A stretch of DNA of 56,706 nt, filler included, from Sphacelaria rigidula (GCA_964200075.2; 4 parts of 4 records of this genome joined end to end with filler, not necessarily neighbours in it); one strand, 5' to 3'; shown: positions 1-12,770, numbered from the whole stretch's first letter. Made by a program: numbers and translations. The notes: generated from the letters alone by a model not told the origin.

Positions 1-209
1 TGTTGGCGCTATCTCCCTCAGGTATAAGAATTACTAGACATGGGGTTTAATCAACGAGAAAATATGGGCCCACACTTTTGAGCAAATGGGCACCTTCCCC
101 TTGAGATTTGACGATTAATACGATATTATGCGGATCACGGCCCAACTCATCTGTGTCGACGAGACATTACTTTTAGAACTTAAATCCGTTTTTAGGCCGG
201 CCAAGCTCG
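1..209 (-). mobile_element. End of a Tc1/mariner-type non-autonomous element (family TA-CGAGCT(G/T)GGCCAGCC), truncated by the contig start
   Basis: Positions 1-209 are a diverged reverse complement of ~47416-47620 and end in the TIR taggccggccaagctcg followed by TA (210-211). Confidence 0.85.
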
Positions 210-618
210 TAGCAGATGAGAGAAAGAAAGGAAATGTATCTCGAAGAATTGGCGTGGATGTGAAGAATTCATTTCCCCGGGTTTTGATCCTCAATTAAAT
301 GCTCTATTCTCAAAAAAAAAGGTGGATGATCGGCAGGAAAGTGCTGGTGAGTGAATCGAATGGAATAACACGCCATGCGCTCACCACCACCACCGTGCTA
401 CTGTTTGTACGCGGCACGTACGACCATAAGTCTGTCTGGGATTTCTTAGGGTACAATTTAATCCTCCGAGTATACCCGATCGTGTCCATCTGCTGTCACA
501 AAAAAAAGGCTCGGCTGTACGAGTATCACCTGGAAACATATCGAGCAAACTGTGCCGCCGCCACCTGGGAGTGCACTGCAGCAGGAACACAACATAGATA
601 TCTCACGCGTAGCTCAAC

Positions 619-3600
619 ATGGGTATACTCGAGACACTCATCTCTGGCACTTGGGCCCTCTTCATAGGCGCCCTTGTACTCAAGCGCTCGGTGGCGCTTG
701 AGGACGCTGTGATCATTGATTCAACCAACACCGCTCTCCCGTCTTCAGAGGTCCACTCATGCCAAGATCTGTCGGAGACGTATCATGCTGAGAGTGCTGA
801 CATCATCGTGCGCGTGAAGGGCGACATGGCATGCGCTCAAGAGAAGGTGCGTTCGCTACTGTTCTGTACACTGTACAATGCGGGTGCAGTTTAGGCTTGC
901 TGTAGGCTGTACTGAGGCAACATGTCGGTAGCAGCCATGGGAATGCACGTGTCAGGCCGGCACTGCTGTATACATCATGACTGTAGTTGGTAACCGTCTT
1001 GGAGAGAGCTCTGTTGAGCCCAAGACGGCGCCTCCTTGACGATTTGCTGTAGAGCACTAAAGAGAGTTCACACCTCGGATCCACGCAGTAACGTCCCTTG
1101 CTCATATTTTGAGGCACGACACACTAGCTCTGTTTATACCATCACTTTGTGTTCGTGTAAACCGTGAGGCGCTTGATCCACCCGAGTGCAACCCGTCCAC
1201 GTTTGTTTCCAGGATCTGGCTGAAAATATTTCCGTTACAGTATACTATGACACGACCATAATAATACACGTACGTACCCTCCGCAGCTCAATATCTCGCG
1301 CGTAATTCATAGGCTTGTTGTAGGCTGTACTGAGGCAACATGTCGGTAGCAGCCGTGGAAATGCAAGTGTCAGGCCGACACTGCTGTATGCGTACTGTAG
1401 TTGGTAATCTTCTTGGAGAGAGCTCTGCTGAGCCCAAGACTCGTTGACGGTTTGCTGCGGAGCACTCAAGAGAGTTCATACCCCGGATCCGCGCAGTAAC
1501 GTACTTTGCTCATATGTTGAGGCATGATGGCATGATACACTAGCTCTGTTCATACCATCATTTTGTGTTCGTGTACATACCATGAGGCGCTTGATCCAGC
1601 CAAGCGTCAACATACGCGGTTCGAGTCTGGGCATGATTGATCGTGGAAGGAATGAGTTTGAAATGTAAGCATCGAGGCTTCCGAGGGGCAAGGGGCCCCC
1701 GGATATCACTGATGTGTCATGCCGGGACAAACCACACATCATATCTTTTCTTCAGGAAGCGAACAGTGTTTTACCCGTTGAAGCAGCGGGCGCTCACTAT
1801 TATAGTTGAGTGGGTAAACTATTTGCTTTCCTGAACAAAATCGTGTTTTCCTGGCTATTTGCCAGCAACATCGGAAACACGAAACAACGGCCCATCGTTC
1901 AGCCAGGAGAATCAAAGGTGGAGCACCGGTGGCTGGTTTCGTAGTTGGTCGAGACAGAGAACTGCCTGCCTGTCATTGACATATCTCCGTGGATCTGTTC
2001 AGCCATGAATATTGAAGGTTGTGAGATACGCACCGTACTGGTAGTAGCGTATACAGTTCGTACGGTACAGTGTACGGCACACACTCTAAAATGCGCCAAA
2101 CCCATCCTGTATAGGTAGTGCAAGGTGCATTCAAGCACATCAAGCCAACTCCGGTAATACGTGGTCATGGAGCTTTCCTCTCATGCCGTGAAAAAAAAAC
2201 AGAGGTGACGGTACTGATCAAAGCTCAGCCCATGTCTGTGACCACGAGGTCGAGAGATCGGGCAAATGTTCAAAATAATGAAGCACAAAAATAGTAAAAG
2301 GTATGGCCCATTGGCAACCACCACGACGGCCAGCATAATAAGTAATAGGTGGAGGCAGGGGCACGACAGGCACGCCGGTAGGTTAGCTGATGCGCGAGAG
2401 CGAGGGGGCTGTTTCTGCGTCGCACTGCTTCTAGAAGATATGTTCGCTATAGCCAACTAACTAACTGCGGTTACGGGACTCTTTGTTCGTTGATTTCTCG
2501 GAACGTTCAACTCATGGCAAGCAGATCGTTCGCGCATCTGGAAAGGGGACCACCATGTTTTCCTTCCAACACGCAGCGTTCACGAATGTTCGCTTCATCG
2601 TGGACGAGCAGGCATCGATCATGTTCGTGGGCGACAGTGTGGGATTCAACGTCGAGGTATGTATGCGATCGATCTGAAAGCGGTTGCCCCAACCGTCTTC
2701 ATGGTTGAACAAATACTTGGCTTCACGTTCGGATCTTATGGGGACTGACAGTCCCGTTCTTCTTTCCTTCAAGGAAGGAGGAAAAGTTGAACTCCTCTCG
2801 CGATAAAAAATAAAGGCTAGCACCGCAGTAAGGTGGGGTATAAAATAGAGAGTAAAAAAATGCTCCTGTGTTGGCCTCTCTCCTGTGTGACCCCGGCTGG
2901 TGCGCCCACATATACCGAACGGTGTAGACCGGGGCCCAGAATAGATGGGACGACAACACACAAAACACTCCGCAAGCGGGTTCGTGTGCCGATGACCCGG
3001 TGGCTCGGCTAGACTGCCTCATGGCAGTCATGTGGGGTAGGCGCCTCGAGCACTCGTAAGCTTTGCTCAAGGCAGTGTGGGGGTCCCACCCACTAAAACC
3101 CCCTGTCAGCTTATTGGAGCAGTGCACGCGCCGCCCTACTCTTGTGAGCTCCGGCCCCAGGACTGACAGGCCAATGGGCAATTGCATCGGAGCCTAAAGT
3201 ACGTATTGCGCAGCATTCAGCTCTGCAAATGAATGTACACTATGCGCAGGGTAACCTCTGTGCCGCTCTCGCCAAAGGATTTCGGGAACACCCTGCTTTG
3301 GGTTAGGATTCCGTAACATGCGAACTTTCCTGCAGTACGAGCTGGGCCAGCTTGAGTATCACTTGACCTTTAGACAGCGACGCCCCCGCAGGTGGACTGA
3401 GTTGGACTATGCCGCATTTGAGGTTCAGAACTGCTCTTTTCTCGCTCTACAAAACGCCCTCTTCACTAACACGTAGATATTTGTCATCTATAAAGATAAT
3501 ATAGTTGTCAGCATCAGAAGTTTTCAGAATCCGTAGTTGTTGTAGTTTTTGAGTTTTTCTTCACCGGCTGGTGACAGCAGCGATGACGTTTTTGCGACCG

Positions 3601-6600
3601 GAGTACTGTTCTTCATTACTCCGTACTTGAAAGTGCTAGCACAGGTAGATTCAGGGGGGAAGCGTAGGCCGCGCTCGAACTGCAGTGCCCAAGTTGGTGT
3701 TTTAAGGGCGACACGGACTAGATACCCCGTTTATCAGGAGGGTGTTATTGACCGTTTTTGGTTCAATAAAATCAGTTTTCCGGCTTTCCCGCAACGAATC
3801 GATAAACATTCGGATAAATGAATACGTATACAATTATTCACGATAACGATCGAGATTGTGTTTCCCTCCAATACTGCACCGACCCCAGTCCACCATTTTC
3901 TGCGGATGGCCTCCGATAATTTTGGCAAAAATAAGCAGACCATGCTCAAATCACGATGCCCGAGTTGGTGTTGTGGGAGCGACACGGAGTAAAGACTCCG
4001 TTTATCAGGAGGGTGTCATTGACCGTGAAACATGCTTTTCCGGCGTTAGCGCAGTGAATGGGTGGAATTTCAGAAAAATAATCATTTTCAAGTCTTCACT
4101 TATATGATCGGTATCGAGTCGGTCCACCGAAAATACCAAAAAGCTGGAACCTGGGGTTGCACTTTCGCAGGACCCCCGAAGATCGGTCAAGCCCGTAAGT
4201 CACTCAACATTGATCGCAGATATTCTTTCTTTCAATATTTGTCAAGAGGATTAAAATATCTCCAACTGCCCATGTTTTGGCATCCAACAGTCACTACGGC
4301 AAGAGACAGCATAATAAGTGTGCCATCGCTCTCCACTGAACACAATTTACTGCATGCTGCTGATGCCTCTGCCAAGTGCTCAACAACACTACAGACAGTG
4401 AGAAGCTATGCTGGCAGCACACAGGGGGTCAGACAGGCGGCGTAGACCATGAGCAGAATACCTAACAAGTTATTTGTACCCATGCGATTTTGGTTCATTT
4501 CCCATCACCAAAATGAGTTGTGGGGGTAGACAGCAAATTAGTCGAATGTAGTTCACCCGAACCGGAGGAAGGTGCTCATTTTGACGACCGTGATTGGTCA
4601 GAATGGGCATCCCGCGCCTCTTGGGCCTCGTGCACGGCTCATAATTTTCCGCGGGAAACTTTCGAACACATATGGTTGGCTTGGTGAGCTTTTCGGCTCC
4701 TCTGCGGATAGACCCCCCCGTGGTCAATGGTCAAACGACTAAGGCAAGCAACAAATGAGGACGCCCCTCTCGCCCCCCCCCCCCCCCCTCCTCAACAACC
4801 ACACTCCCCGGCCACTGGAAACCCCCGAATGTCTCCGGACTGTCAGCCTGTGGAACTGTTCCGAGGCGATGCTCGCTGTCTAAGGGTTAGGCATTTATTG
4901 GCGCCCGCTACCAGCCTTGCGCGGCCCGTCCTGAAGAGTTAGAAGTTGACATTTTGACGCACGATTTATATCGTCAGGCCACTTACTATGTCTAAAAAAA
5001 TTAAACTTGAAACTTGTTAAAAAGTTCATTTTTGGCCCCTCTCCGTCGTTTATCCCCCGAAAAGAGGGCTAGGCGGATGTTGACACTTGGAATGAATGAC
5101 TTGCTCTACTCGCTGAGGCCGTTCCAGAGTACCTTTGCGTTTCTCGTAGGTCACGGTTTCATTTTGGGACAAACTTGCATTTTCAATACAGTAACAAACG
5201 GTCAAGTGATAAAAAAACGGGGGGAAACTGCCAATTTTTTGGTAACTTGACCGTTCGTTGTTGAAAATGCAACTTTGTCCAAAACTGAAACCGTGACCTA
5301 CGGAAAACGCAAAGGTGCTCTGGAACGGCCTCAGCGGAGCAAGTCATTCATTCCAAGGTGTCAACATCCGCCTAGCCCTCTTTTCGGGGGAAAAACGACG
5401 GAGAGGGGCCAAAAATGCACTTTTTAACAAGTTTCATGTTTTGATACATGAGAAGTAGCCTCGAGACGAAAAAAACAATTGGAGTATTCAATGAAGAAAG
5501 GAGGATGAGATCAACAAATTAGGCAAGTTGAAGTTTCTGAAAATCATGAACATGCTATAATACCTCGATAAGCATTCATGTGTGTATGACGTATCTTTAG
5601 ATACTGCAACATGTTTCGGCGCTTTGACGTGTAAAACGTACTTGAAAACACTACTCCTTATATCGACCCCTGTTTTTTTTTTTTGCGTGACACTCTCGCA
5701 CATTCCGTTCTTCTTTATCTGTTACAAGAAGCAAGCTTGCACAAGGGCGGAAGGTTATGAGTTCGAATCCCGGAAAATCCTCTTTGTTTTGCAGAATCTG
5801 GATCCGTCGTTGAGGTTATGTATTAGGCCCCTCCTTATTGTGGTGGAGAAGAAAAGAACCTGTAGAAAATGCTTTTTGGCCCTTCTTCGTCATTTGTACG
5901 CCCTGAAAGAGAGCTGGGTGGAGTTTGACACCTCGAATGACTGGCTCTACTCGATGAGACAGTTCCAGGACGTCTTCCTGTTCTCCGATGGCCGCAGGTT
6001 TTTTGCCCAAACTTGTACTTTTGTCCAAGAACGATCAAGAACGGCCAAATAAAAGTAAATAAAACTGCCGTTTTTCTCTGGACGTGACTTCTCTGGACAA
6101 AAACGCATGTTTGACACAAAGAAACTGCGGCCACCGGGAAACGCGAAGATGTCCTGAAACCGTCTCAACGAGTGGAGCAAGTCATTCCAAGGTGTCAGCC
6201 TCCGGCTAGGTCTCGTGTAAGGCGTAAAACGACAAAGAAGGACTGATAAAACATTTTTGAAGGACTTTTTTTTGTCGACCATAAGGAGCGGCTTTATGCC
6301 TTACACTCTTAGTTCTTTCAGCGACCGAGCGTGCATCGGCAGGTTGGTCCGCCCTTCACGGCGATATACTTACAACACGTTGATTCGGGGGTTCACTGAA
6401 AAAGTTATCGTGTAAAACAAAATGCGAACTTTTAGGGTGGTACAGCTCGTACATAGTTCGCCGCTGCGCCCCGCTTGTCTACTTGATTCAACTGAAACCG
6501 ATCAGGTTGGAAGGATGCGGGTCCGATTTCGGCAGAGGTGCAATTCGTTATTTTTCTCCTGAGGAGTACACTCGTATTCGATTTCCGTGATCGGAAACTT

Positions 6601-9600
6601 GGGGGCGGGAGTGCTGATTATAACTGCGATATTGGAATGTAAGGCTTGTACCGCGGGAGAGATAGCGTGGTACTTACTGTACCTCAATAGAGACCTCGGG
6701 CCGCTTCACGGAGTCGTCCCCCAAGGAAGGGGAGTAGTTGAAAATGAGACGAAGTAAGAGAGAGCGTGCTCCCGTATCAATGTGGAACAAGAGTTGTCTC
6801 TTATCTCTACGGATTGGATCCACGGTCTGGTACAAGAAAATGTCGCCGAGATACCTCGTTCGAGTACGAACGAGCGCGGACTAAACGTAGCACAAGCAGG
6901 ACCCCTGAAGTCGTACAAGTACCCAGGAGTGCGTTATACGCTCTGCTTAGTCGTGTGTGCAGCTTGAGGTTTACAAGCTAATTAGTGAACACGATACCGT
7001 TGTTGCAGATCCGACTCCGTACTTGAAGACGTGTGATCAGCGATCCACCCTTGCCAAGTGCGCGACAGCGTCTCTCTCGATGTCGCGGGGGTCCTCCGCT
7101 TTGCTGGTTTATGAAGGGTCACGAATCAAACCCTCCGCGACATCTATTCACGCACAAGCGTCCTCAGCAAGCCCAGCTTGTGCGTCTCTGTTTTTCAAGC
7201 TGTCGGATCCTCCATTCTGGCCTCCACGGCGTTCCAACACGCTCGTTCTTGTCTGCGGCGGCCGTGGAATCTGTGAGACATGGCTGCTTCCCGGGCCGAT
7301 TCTAAATCACAACCTTCAGGTACAAATTAGCACGGGTTAGCTACTGTCACACCAGGTCAATGTTGTGGTCACGAAGGGGATGTGCCGTAGGTATTATAGC
7401 TGCAGGCAGGTGCGATACATCCCTGATGAGCCCAAGCCCCTATTGCGCGTTTTTTTTTGTCATACTTTCCCCAATAACAGACACCCGGACAGCGAATCTT
7501 CGACGTCCGCGGGAACTTGAACTTCGCCGTCGGTAGTCCTTCTCCCTACTCCGCCGATTTGGTGGATGGCAACAAGGTGTGGTTGTGCTCTACCTAATTT
7601 TTATTGTCTGAGATCGGAGGTTTCGCGTATGCTTGCTATCTTTTCGCCGTGATTTTCGATCCCTCCTCTTCGTCGGGACGAGTCCCGTAGTGCCGGAGGA
7701 TGAACCGATCTCTCTCACGCTACATGTCTTACACTTTGTTATCAAGGATTGGATGAGCACTCCTGCTCCCCGTCGACTCCAGCCCAGTATTATTTGGTAC
7801 TCGCGTGCTTACGCTTTAGACGACGAACACTAGAACCTGCTCCAAGATGATCGCATCTATAGGTATTCGAGTCTGCAGACCTCCCCCTCACCGGACTGTT
7901 GGTGTATCACTATTAATAATATTAAATAGTCACACCGAGGTGCGGCGGCATGCATGTGCTCAGACCCAAACTGGAACGAAAACAGAAGGGAGTTGTTCTG
8001 GACTATTGCCCGTCAATCTTATTTTCCCCCTTTTCTCTTTCTTATTATATTCCTTCCTGAGTCTGCACACGTAGCCAGAGCTTTTCCGCTCGCGGGTGAA
8101 GGGTTAGTCGACTAGCGAAGATGGCGGCACATCTGAGCTGTCCGCATTTCTCAGCCTTGGCTGCGACAAAATAACGTGAATGCGCAATGTTCTAGGTCCA
8201 CACAACGTGCACATCCTCACGTCGTTTTGGGGTGTTGTAAAGGACTTTTGAGTCATAGTTTCTAGGAACATACACGTTACACACGTGACATATTTGAAAA
8301 AACGGGGCAAACGTAACTCTGGGCCAATTTACGCTACGTGAGGTTTGATGTTTTGGACGGGACAAATGTAACGTAACGTGATGTAGCGTGTGGACCTTGA
8401 AGCAGTCTCTCTCGGGATTTCCCAGACGTAAAAAAAGGCTACTTTCGTAATTCTTTTACGTGACACGTGACACGTGACACGTTACAAATTCACGAAAAAA
8501 CGCAGAGTTTTCGTTACATTTGGAAAGTAAAACGCTATGATGGGGTTCATGCGAAGGACCACACGTTACATCACGTTACTTTACATCTGTCCCGTCCGAA
8601 AAATCTGACCTTACGTAGCGTTAATTGCCCCAAAGATACGTCTTTTCGAATGCGTCACGTAAAAACCTCACGTGTATCGTGTATAACCATGATAGTTTCT
8701 AATCTGAACGGACGCTGTTTGAAGAGGAATGAAGAGTAAAACAAACGCTGCTTTTTGTGCCAGTTTTCGATTTTCGAACGGCAGCAAAGGCAGGCACGAT
8801 AACAACACGGTACGGTACATAGAGTTCGCCGCCTCGAAAGGCCCGCCATGCCAGCGCTGTTTGCAAATGCTTGACCCGAAGGCCCCGCGAAAAGGTGTCT
8901 ACGAATCGTACACCAAGAAAGCTCTGACATCTCGGGCTCGATTATGACTTGTTTGATGGTGCGCTGTGTGCCCTCACTCACGCGATATGCATGCAACGGC
9001 ATTGAGGCTTGGATATGAGCCGAAAACTTTCGCCGACACCAGTGACACGAACAGCCGTATTTGAGCCCTCCTTCGCGCAGTCATGCTAAGCTTGCCAGAT
9101 GGCTCAAAAAAGGGCGGCGGCGGAAAACAATCATTTCAACCGTGGCAGAAATAGATGGTGTGCGATCGGTGGCGGGGAAGAAGAAGCTCTCCACTGGTGG
9201 CACACATAGCATTGTCCACCATTGTGGTGCATTTCAGGTTGCCTCGCGAGAACCTTCCCGCGCCTGCAACTGGTTTCTGCTCTTACTGTTGCAGTCTATC
9301 GCTATACAGATGAACCTTGCTTCGCGCGCCCGTTCACTGTCGTACGCGTTACCTGTGTATGTGTGGTCCTGTGTGGGGTGTACAGGACGATGTGTACGGG
9401 CTGGTCAAGGCGTCTAGTACAGCCAAGATGCGTTTCTTCATGGGAACCGCTCGCTATTCCGAAACATCGATCTTGGTCGGAACCCCGCCGCCTGTGCGCC
9501 CTAGCGACGAGTCTATGGTTGGTCAGGACGCTCCTTCGGCTAGTCAGCCGTGCGAACACAAGCTCGACCAGCTCAGCCTCGAGCACGTGGACCAACCCGA

Positions 9601-10391
9601 GCTTCCGTCTGATAGCGTGCTTCTAGGTTCAGCGGACATTGATTCCGACATCGACTCCGACATCGACTCCGACATCACCGCCACCGCCACCGCCTCCGCC
9701 TCCGCTGAGCAACAGTTTCTCGACGGTACAGTTGGAGACATTCCGGTTGACGCGGCCGAGACTCCCTCGTCTGCAAGCAATGTGGTAATGATCGCAACTT
9801 GCGATGATATGGCGAGAAGCTATACCTCCACGAGGGGCCGGGACTTCACCTTGTTTTTCGTGAACGACGCCATTACGTGCACGGACAAGAAGGTGGAGTC
9901 ATTACTTGTGATTTGAGTCACGGTAGGAATCGCTGATACTCTTGCCCCGACGTGTCGAATATAGAAGTAGTGTAGAATGCAGGATACACACAGTTATCAT
10001 TAGGCAGTATACAGGAGAGATGACCATACCTACCCGGGAAAAGCACTCGCGGCACGAGGGGGAGTCCTTTCGTGTAATTAGTGCTCGCGTGTAGAGGATG
10101 ACGGTATTCATATAATGGTGAATATCTGAAACCAGGAGTTTGCTGGGTATCGTGAATACGTGTACAATATTGAAATGCTCACCTTTCCACCCCCGCCGGG
10201 TTATTCCTCGCGTTTCGTAACGCTTGCACCCCGCAAATTGACGAATCCCATCGCAGGTGGTGCACATTGTGGGGGACGGGGTCGTGAATTTGGCAGGCGG
10301 TCATGTCACCTTGTACAATGTGGACTTCGTGGTCGAGAACCAGGCGAGGCTCGCGTTCAACACCCAGAGCGTCAAGTTCGATAGCACACAG
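619..10391 (+). CDS. Spliced gene (exons 619-846, 2525-2656, 9386-9892, 10257-10391; 3' end not found) for a secreted POMP/adhesin-like beta-helix protein with two copies of a Cys-containing domain
   Basis: ATG 619 starts a hydrophobic signal-like N-terminus (MGILETLISGTWALFIGALVLKRSVA). All junctions are phase 0 with canonical sites: AAG|gtgcgt, gcag|ATC...GAG|gtatgt, tacag|GAC...AAG|gtggag, cgcag|GTG...CAG|gtgagg. Motifs such as 'FTNVRFIVDEQASIMF' and 'LYNVDFVVENQARLAF' resemble brown-algal polymorphic-outer-membrane-protein-like N-termini (from memory, not a search). The 2656-to-9386 join is inferred. Confidence 0.7.
893..1605. repeat. Diverged direct duplication of ~295 bp (893-1185 and 1311-1605) inside intron 1
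   Basis: Both copies read aggcttg(c/t)tgtaggctgtactgaggcaacatgtcggtagcagcc...tgaggcgcttgatcca. Confidence 0.9.
2780..2966 (+). mobile_element. 3' portion of a SINE family A copy
   Basis: Diverged reverse complement of ~18470-18645 (cctctcgcgataaaaaataaagg...tcctgtgtgaccccggctggtgcg...gggacgacaac). Confidence 0.75.
2978..3115 (+). repeat. Dispersed repeat of unknown class; second copy at 18267-18415
   Basis: Shared gggttcgtgtgccgat...tggggtaggc...gcctcgagc...tttgctca...cccactaaaa...cctgtca. Confidence 0.8.
3693..4024. repeat. Pair of ~60-bp direct repeats ~270 bp apart
   Basis: gttggtgtt...gcgacacgga.ta.a.a..ccgtttatcaggagggtgt.attgaccg at 3693-3753 and 3964-4025. Confidence 0.8.
5008..5436. 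mobile_element. Foldback/MITE-like long inverted repeat, arms ~200 bp
   Basis: tgaaacttgttaaaaag...ggcccctctccgtcgttt...aacggtcaagt is mirrored by acttgaccgtt...aaacgacggagaggggcc...ctttttaacaagtttca. Confidence 0.85.
5866..6258. mobile_element. Second, more diverged foldback element related to 5008-5436
   Basis: Self-complementary arms; shares tttttggccc, gaatgact.gctctactcg and ggagcaagtcattccaaggtgtca with the first element. Confidence 0.75.
8265..8691. mobile_element. MITE with long imperfect TIRs and a 10-bp flanking direct repeat (Mutator/MULE-like)
   Basis: atagtttcta at 8255-8264 and 8692-8701. Arms tttacgctacgtgagg...ggacgggacaaatgtaacgtaacgtgatgtagcgtgtggacctt and aaggaccacacgttacatcacgttactttacatctgtcccgtcc...ccttacgtagcg. 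Confidence 0.7.
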
Positions 10392-11592
10392 GTGAGGCTG
10401 CCCTCTTCTCGTGCTCTGTCAGCGGCTACCTACGATAGGAATGAATTGTCGGGAAGACCTGTCCGTATCTCTAGTGCAAAACACTTGGGCTTAAAATGAC
10501 CGTGAGGATGGATCGAAACAGGGGCCATTTGCCAACGTTGATACATACAACTTGGAGATGTTCGTCAAAGAGTCACATTTCTCGGCAGCTAATTACTATA
10601 TGGGCTATCGTTTTTGAGTGATACTATACGGTAGGAGTGCACAACTATTTTCTGAGCTTAGAATTGTTTGGAGCCCTTGATCTCATGCAAAACACCACTG
10701 ATAAAAATACGTAAAAAAAGTACGCCAGGATTACTGCTCTAATGTGCTGGGGATATCCCGAATGAACTTGCAAACGGGGATGCCCTGACCTATATTCTTG
10801 TGCTTCTAGAATCGTTAAGAGCCCCTAAACTAGACAATATTTCGCGAAAAAAGTGTACCCCTGCCGTAGCATTGCTCTTTTCTCAACACCCACGCAGGAA
10901 ACAACGTGGGAACAAACCGCATGAGCGCGTAGATTCGGCCGACGAAACGAAGGGGTAGGGGAACAAAACAAATGCCCGAGTTGTGTGTACAAAACTTGTA
11001 AATTTCACGAGGAATGCCATGTTCGCGGCGTGTTGTTCGCCTATTATCCAGGACCATGCAACAACCTCTAGCGCCTGTCAATAATTGGGTGAGATCGATG
11101 CATACAAGAATTTGCGGAACGACACTAATGCTCTAGTTCAGTGGTGACCGTCAAGTGGCACGAAAGTTTGTCCAACGTATGACTCTCTACTCGTTCTTGT
11201 TTCGTGTTTTTCCTTGTGTTTTGTCCCTCTTCTCCGTGCGGTCGTGTTGAGCCGTCGCTTGTTACCTGGATCTCGATATTAGACGGGAGAGAGCTGGATT
11301 CCGTGCGCTTTCTATAGACGGTCCGCCTCTTTCATGGAAAACCTGAAGAAATAATAACAAGCATTACGTTTTCCCTTTAATTACACCTGTCGGTGCAGTC
11401 ACTTTTCGCGATACGTTGTCGCCATTTTATCCTCGTTGATGGGGGGGACAACGGATAGTTTGTACCCGTAGGCGGCCGATTATTCGACTTTTTTATGAAC
11501 ATCTTCGCATTCAAAAATACTCATTCGGACTCCTCCCACTGCTTGTGACAAGAAACAAGAATGTCGCCGCCGGTTTTTCGCTCGAAGCTCAA

Positions 11593-12620
11593 CACTTTTG
11601 GGACCGGGCCTCCAGAACGATCAATGAGGCCAGTCAGGAATGACGTGTCTGGCGTCTGCACGAAACAGACAGTGGCGTGTGAACATCCGCGTATGTAACC
11701 GCAGGGTTATGGCGAAGACCGAAAGTTTCATCCAATCTAGACTCAGGTGCAGGGTGCGCATCGTGGTGTACACATGATGATGTAGCCAGCAGTATGGGTC
11801 GCGGTAGAAAGCTTCCAACAGGATACGGCGACCGGCGGGCCGCCCGCCACTTGTGACTTTGGGTGGTATTTTTATCCCTATCACCTTGCCACACAGCCCT
11901 GTGTGGTCGGGGTGGGTCACCATTTCCTTCTTTGTTGCATGCGGCAAATTCCCTTCGAAGGGTATATCAGCTTTGCGGCGCGCATACATACAGTATAGTA
12001 CAGTACAAGTACAGTGCAGTACGTCTCCCCGACTGCAGCAGCAGCTGCCGTTGCATACTCCCTTGCATGTTCTGGGCAATTTTCAGCCACCGAGATCAAC
12101 TGCTTGTATACTCCGTACATGTTAACTGAACACTGCAAGTCATCGGCATAGGCATAAGCAGAATTCATGACGGTACAGTAGCTCCTCTTGTCTTTCCACG
12201 GCCCACCTGGGTCTAGTGCCTCGTGAAAATGACCACATTGTAGCATGTGCACTCATTCTCGTTTTTTGCCGGTCCACACTGTGTTAGTATAAATTGCTAC
12301 GTTTCAGTATAAAATTGGGACCCAAACAACACCCCGAAAAAACTCGGGAACGCTATACTTAGTGCAAGCAATACCATAAAAACAAGCTGCGACCACCCTG
12401 CACTTAGAAACCTGGGGAGGCTTCTCTGAGCCAGGGATAGGGCCTCCACACGATCTTTGCAGCGGCATCACACTCGACAACAATCTCCGCGCTGGTCGTT
12501 CGGGTCTGGTCGATAACCTTCGCCTCGCCGTGATTGGGCAGGTCGCTCGGAGACTTGTTTTTCATTATTCCACTAACACAGGGTCAACCCTGTGTTAGTG
12601 GGGCTCCGGTCCCAAAAGGG
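11593..12620 (+). mobile_element. Non-autonomous piggyBac-like element, ~1.03 kb (copy 1)
   Basis: Left end tcaa|cacttttgggaccgg, right end ccggtcccaaaaggg|ttaa (CCC...GGG ends, TTAA site). The body recurs at 28440-28988 and 50383-52515. Confidence 0.75.
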
Positions 12621-12770
12621 TTAATGCTTGGGACCTGAACTTATGAGGAGAGGTGCGGATCGACCACTTTTGAAATTATTTTTTTTGTCGCACTTTGAAC
12701 CCCTCCCCTTCCTCAGGATGAGTCCGTGGTCTCAAGGGATCAACCCATCTCTCCCCGGTCCACGCCTTGC

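Noticed and set aside
3336..3476. Possible third exon of the 619 gene (ctgcag|TACGAG...)
   Set aside because: It begins with the MITE TIR (TA-CGAGCTGGGCCAGC) and runs to a stop; the exon at 9386 continues the domain pattern better.
6500..7850. Decayed coding-like sequence in intron 2
   Set aside because: Possibly an old retroelement remnant, but I recognised no motif on either strand.
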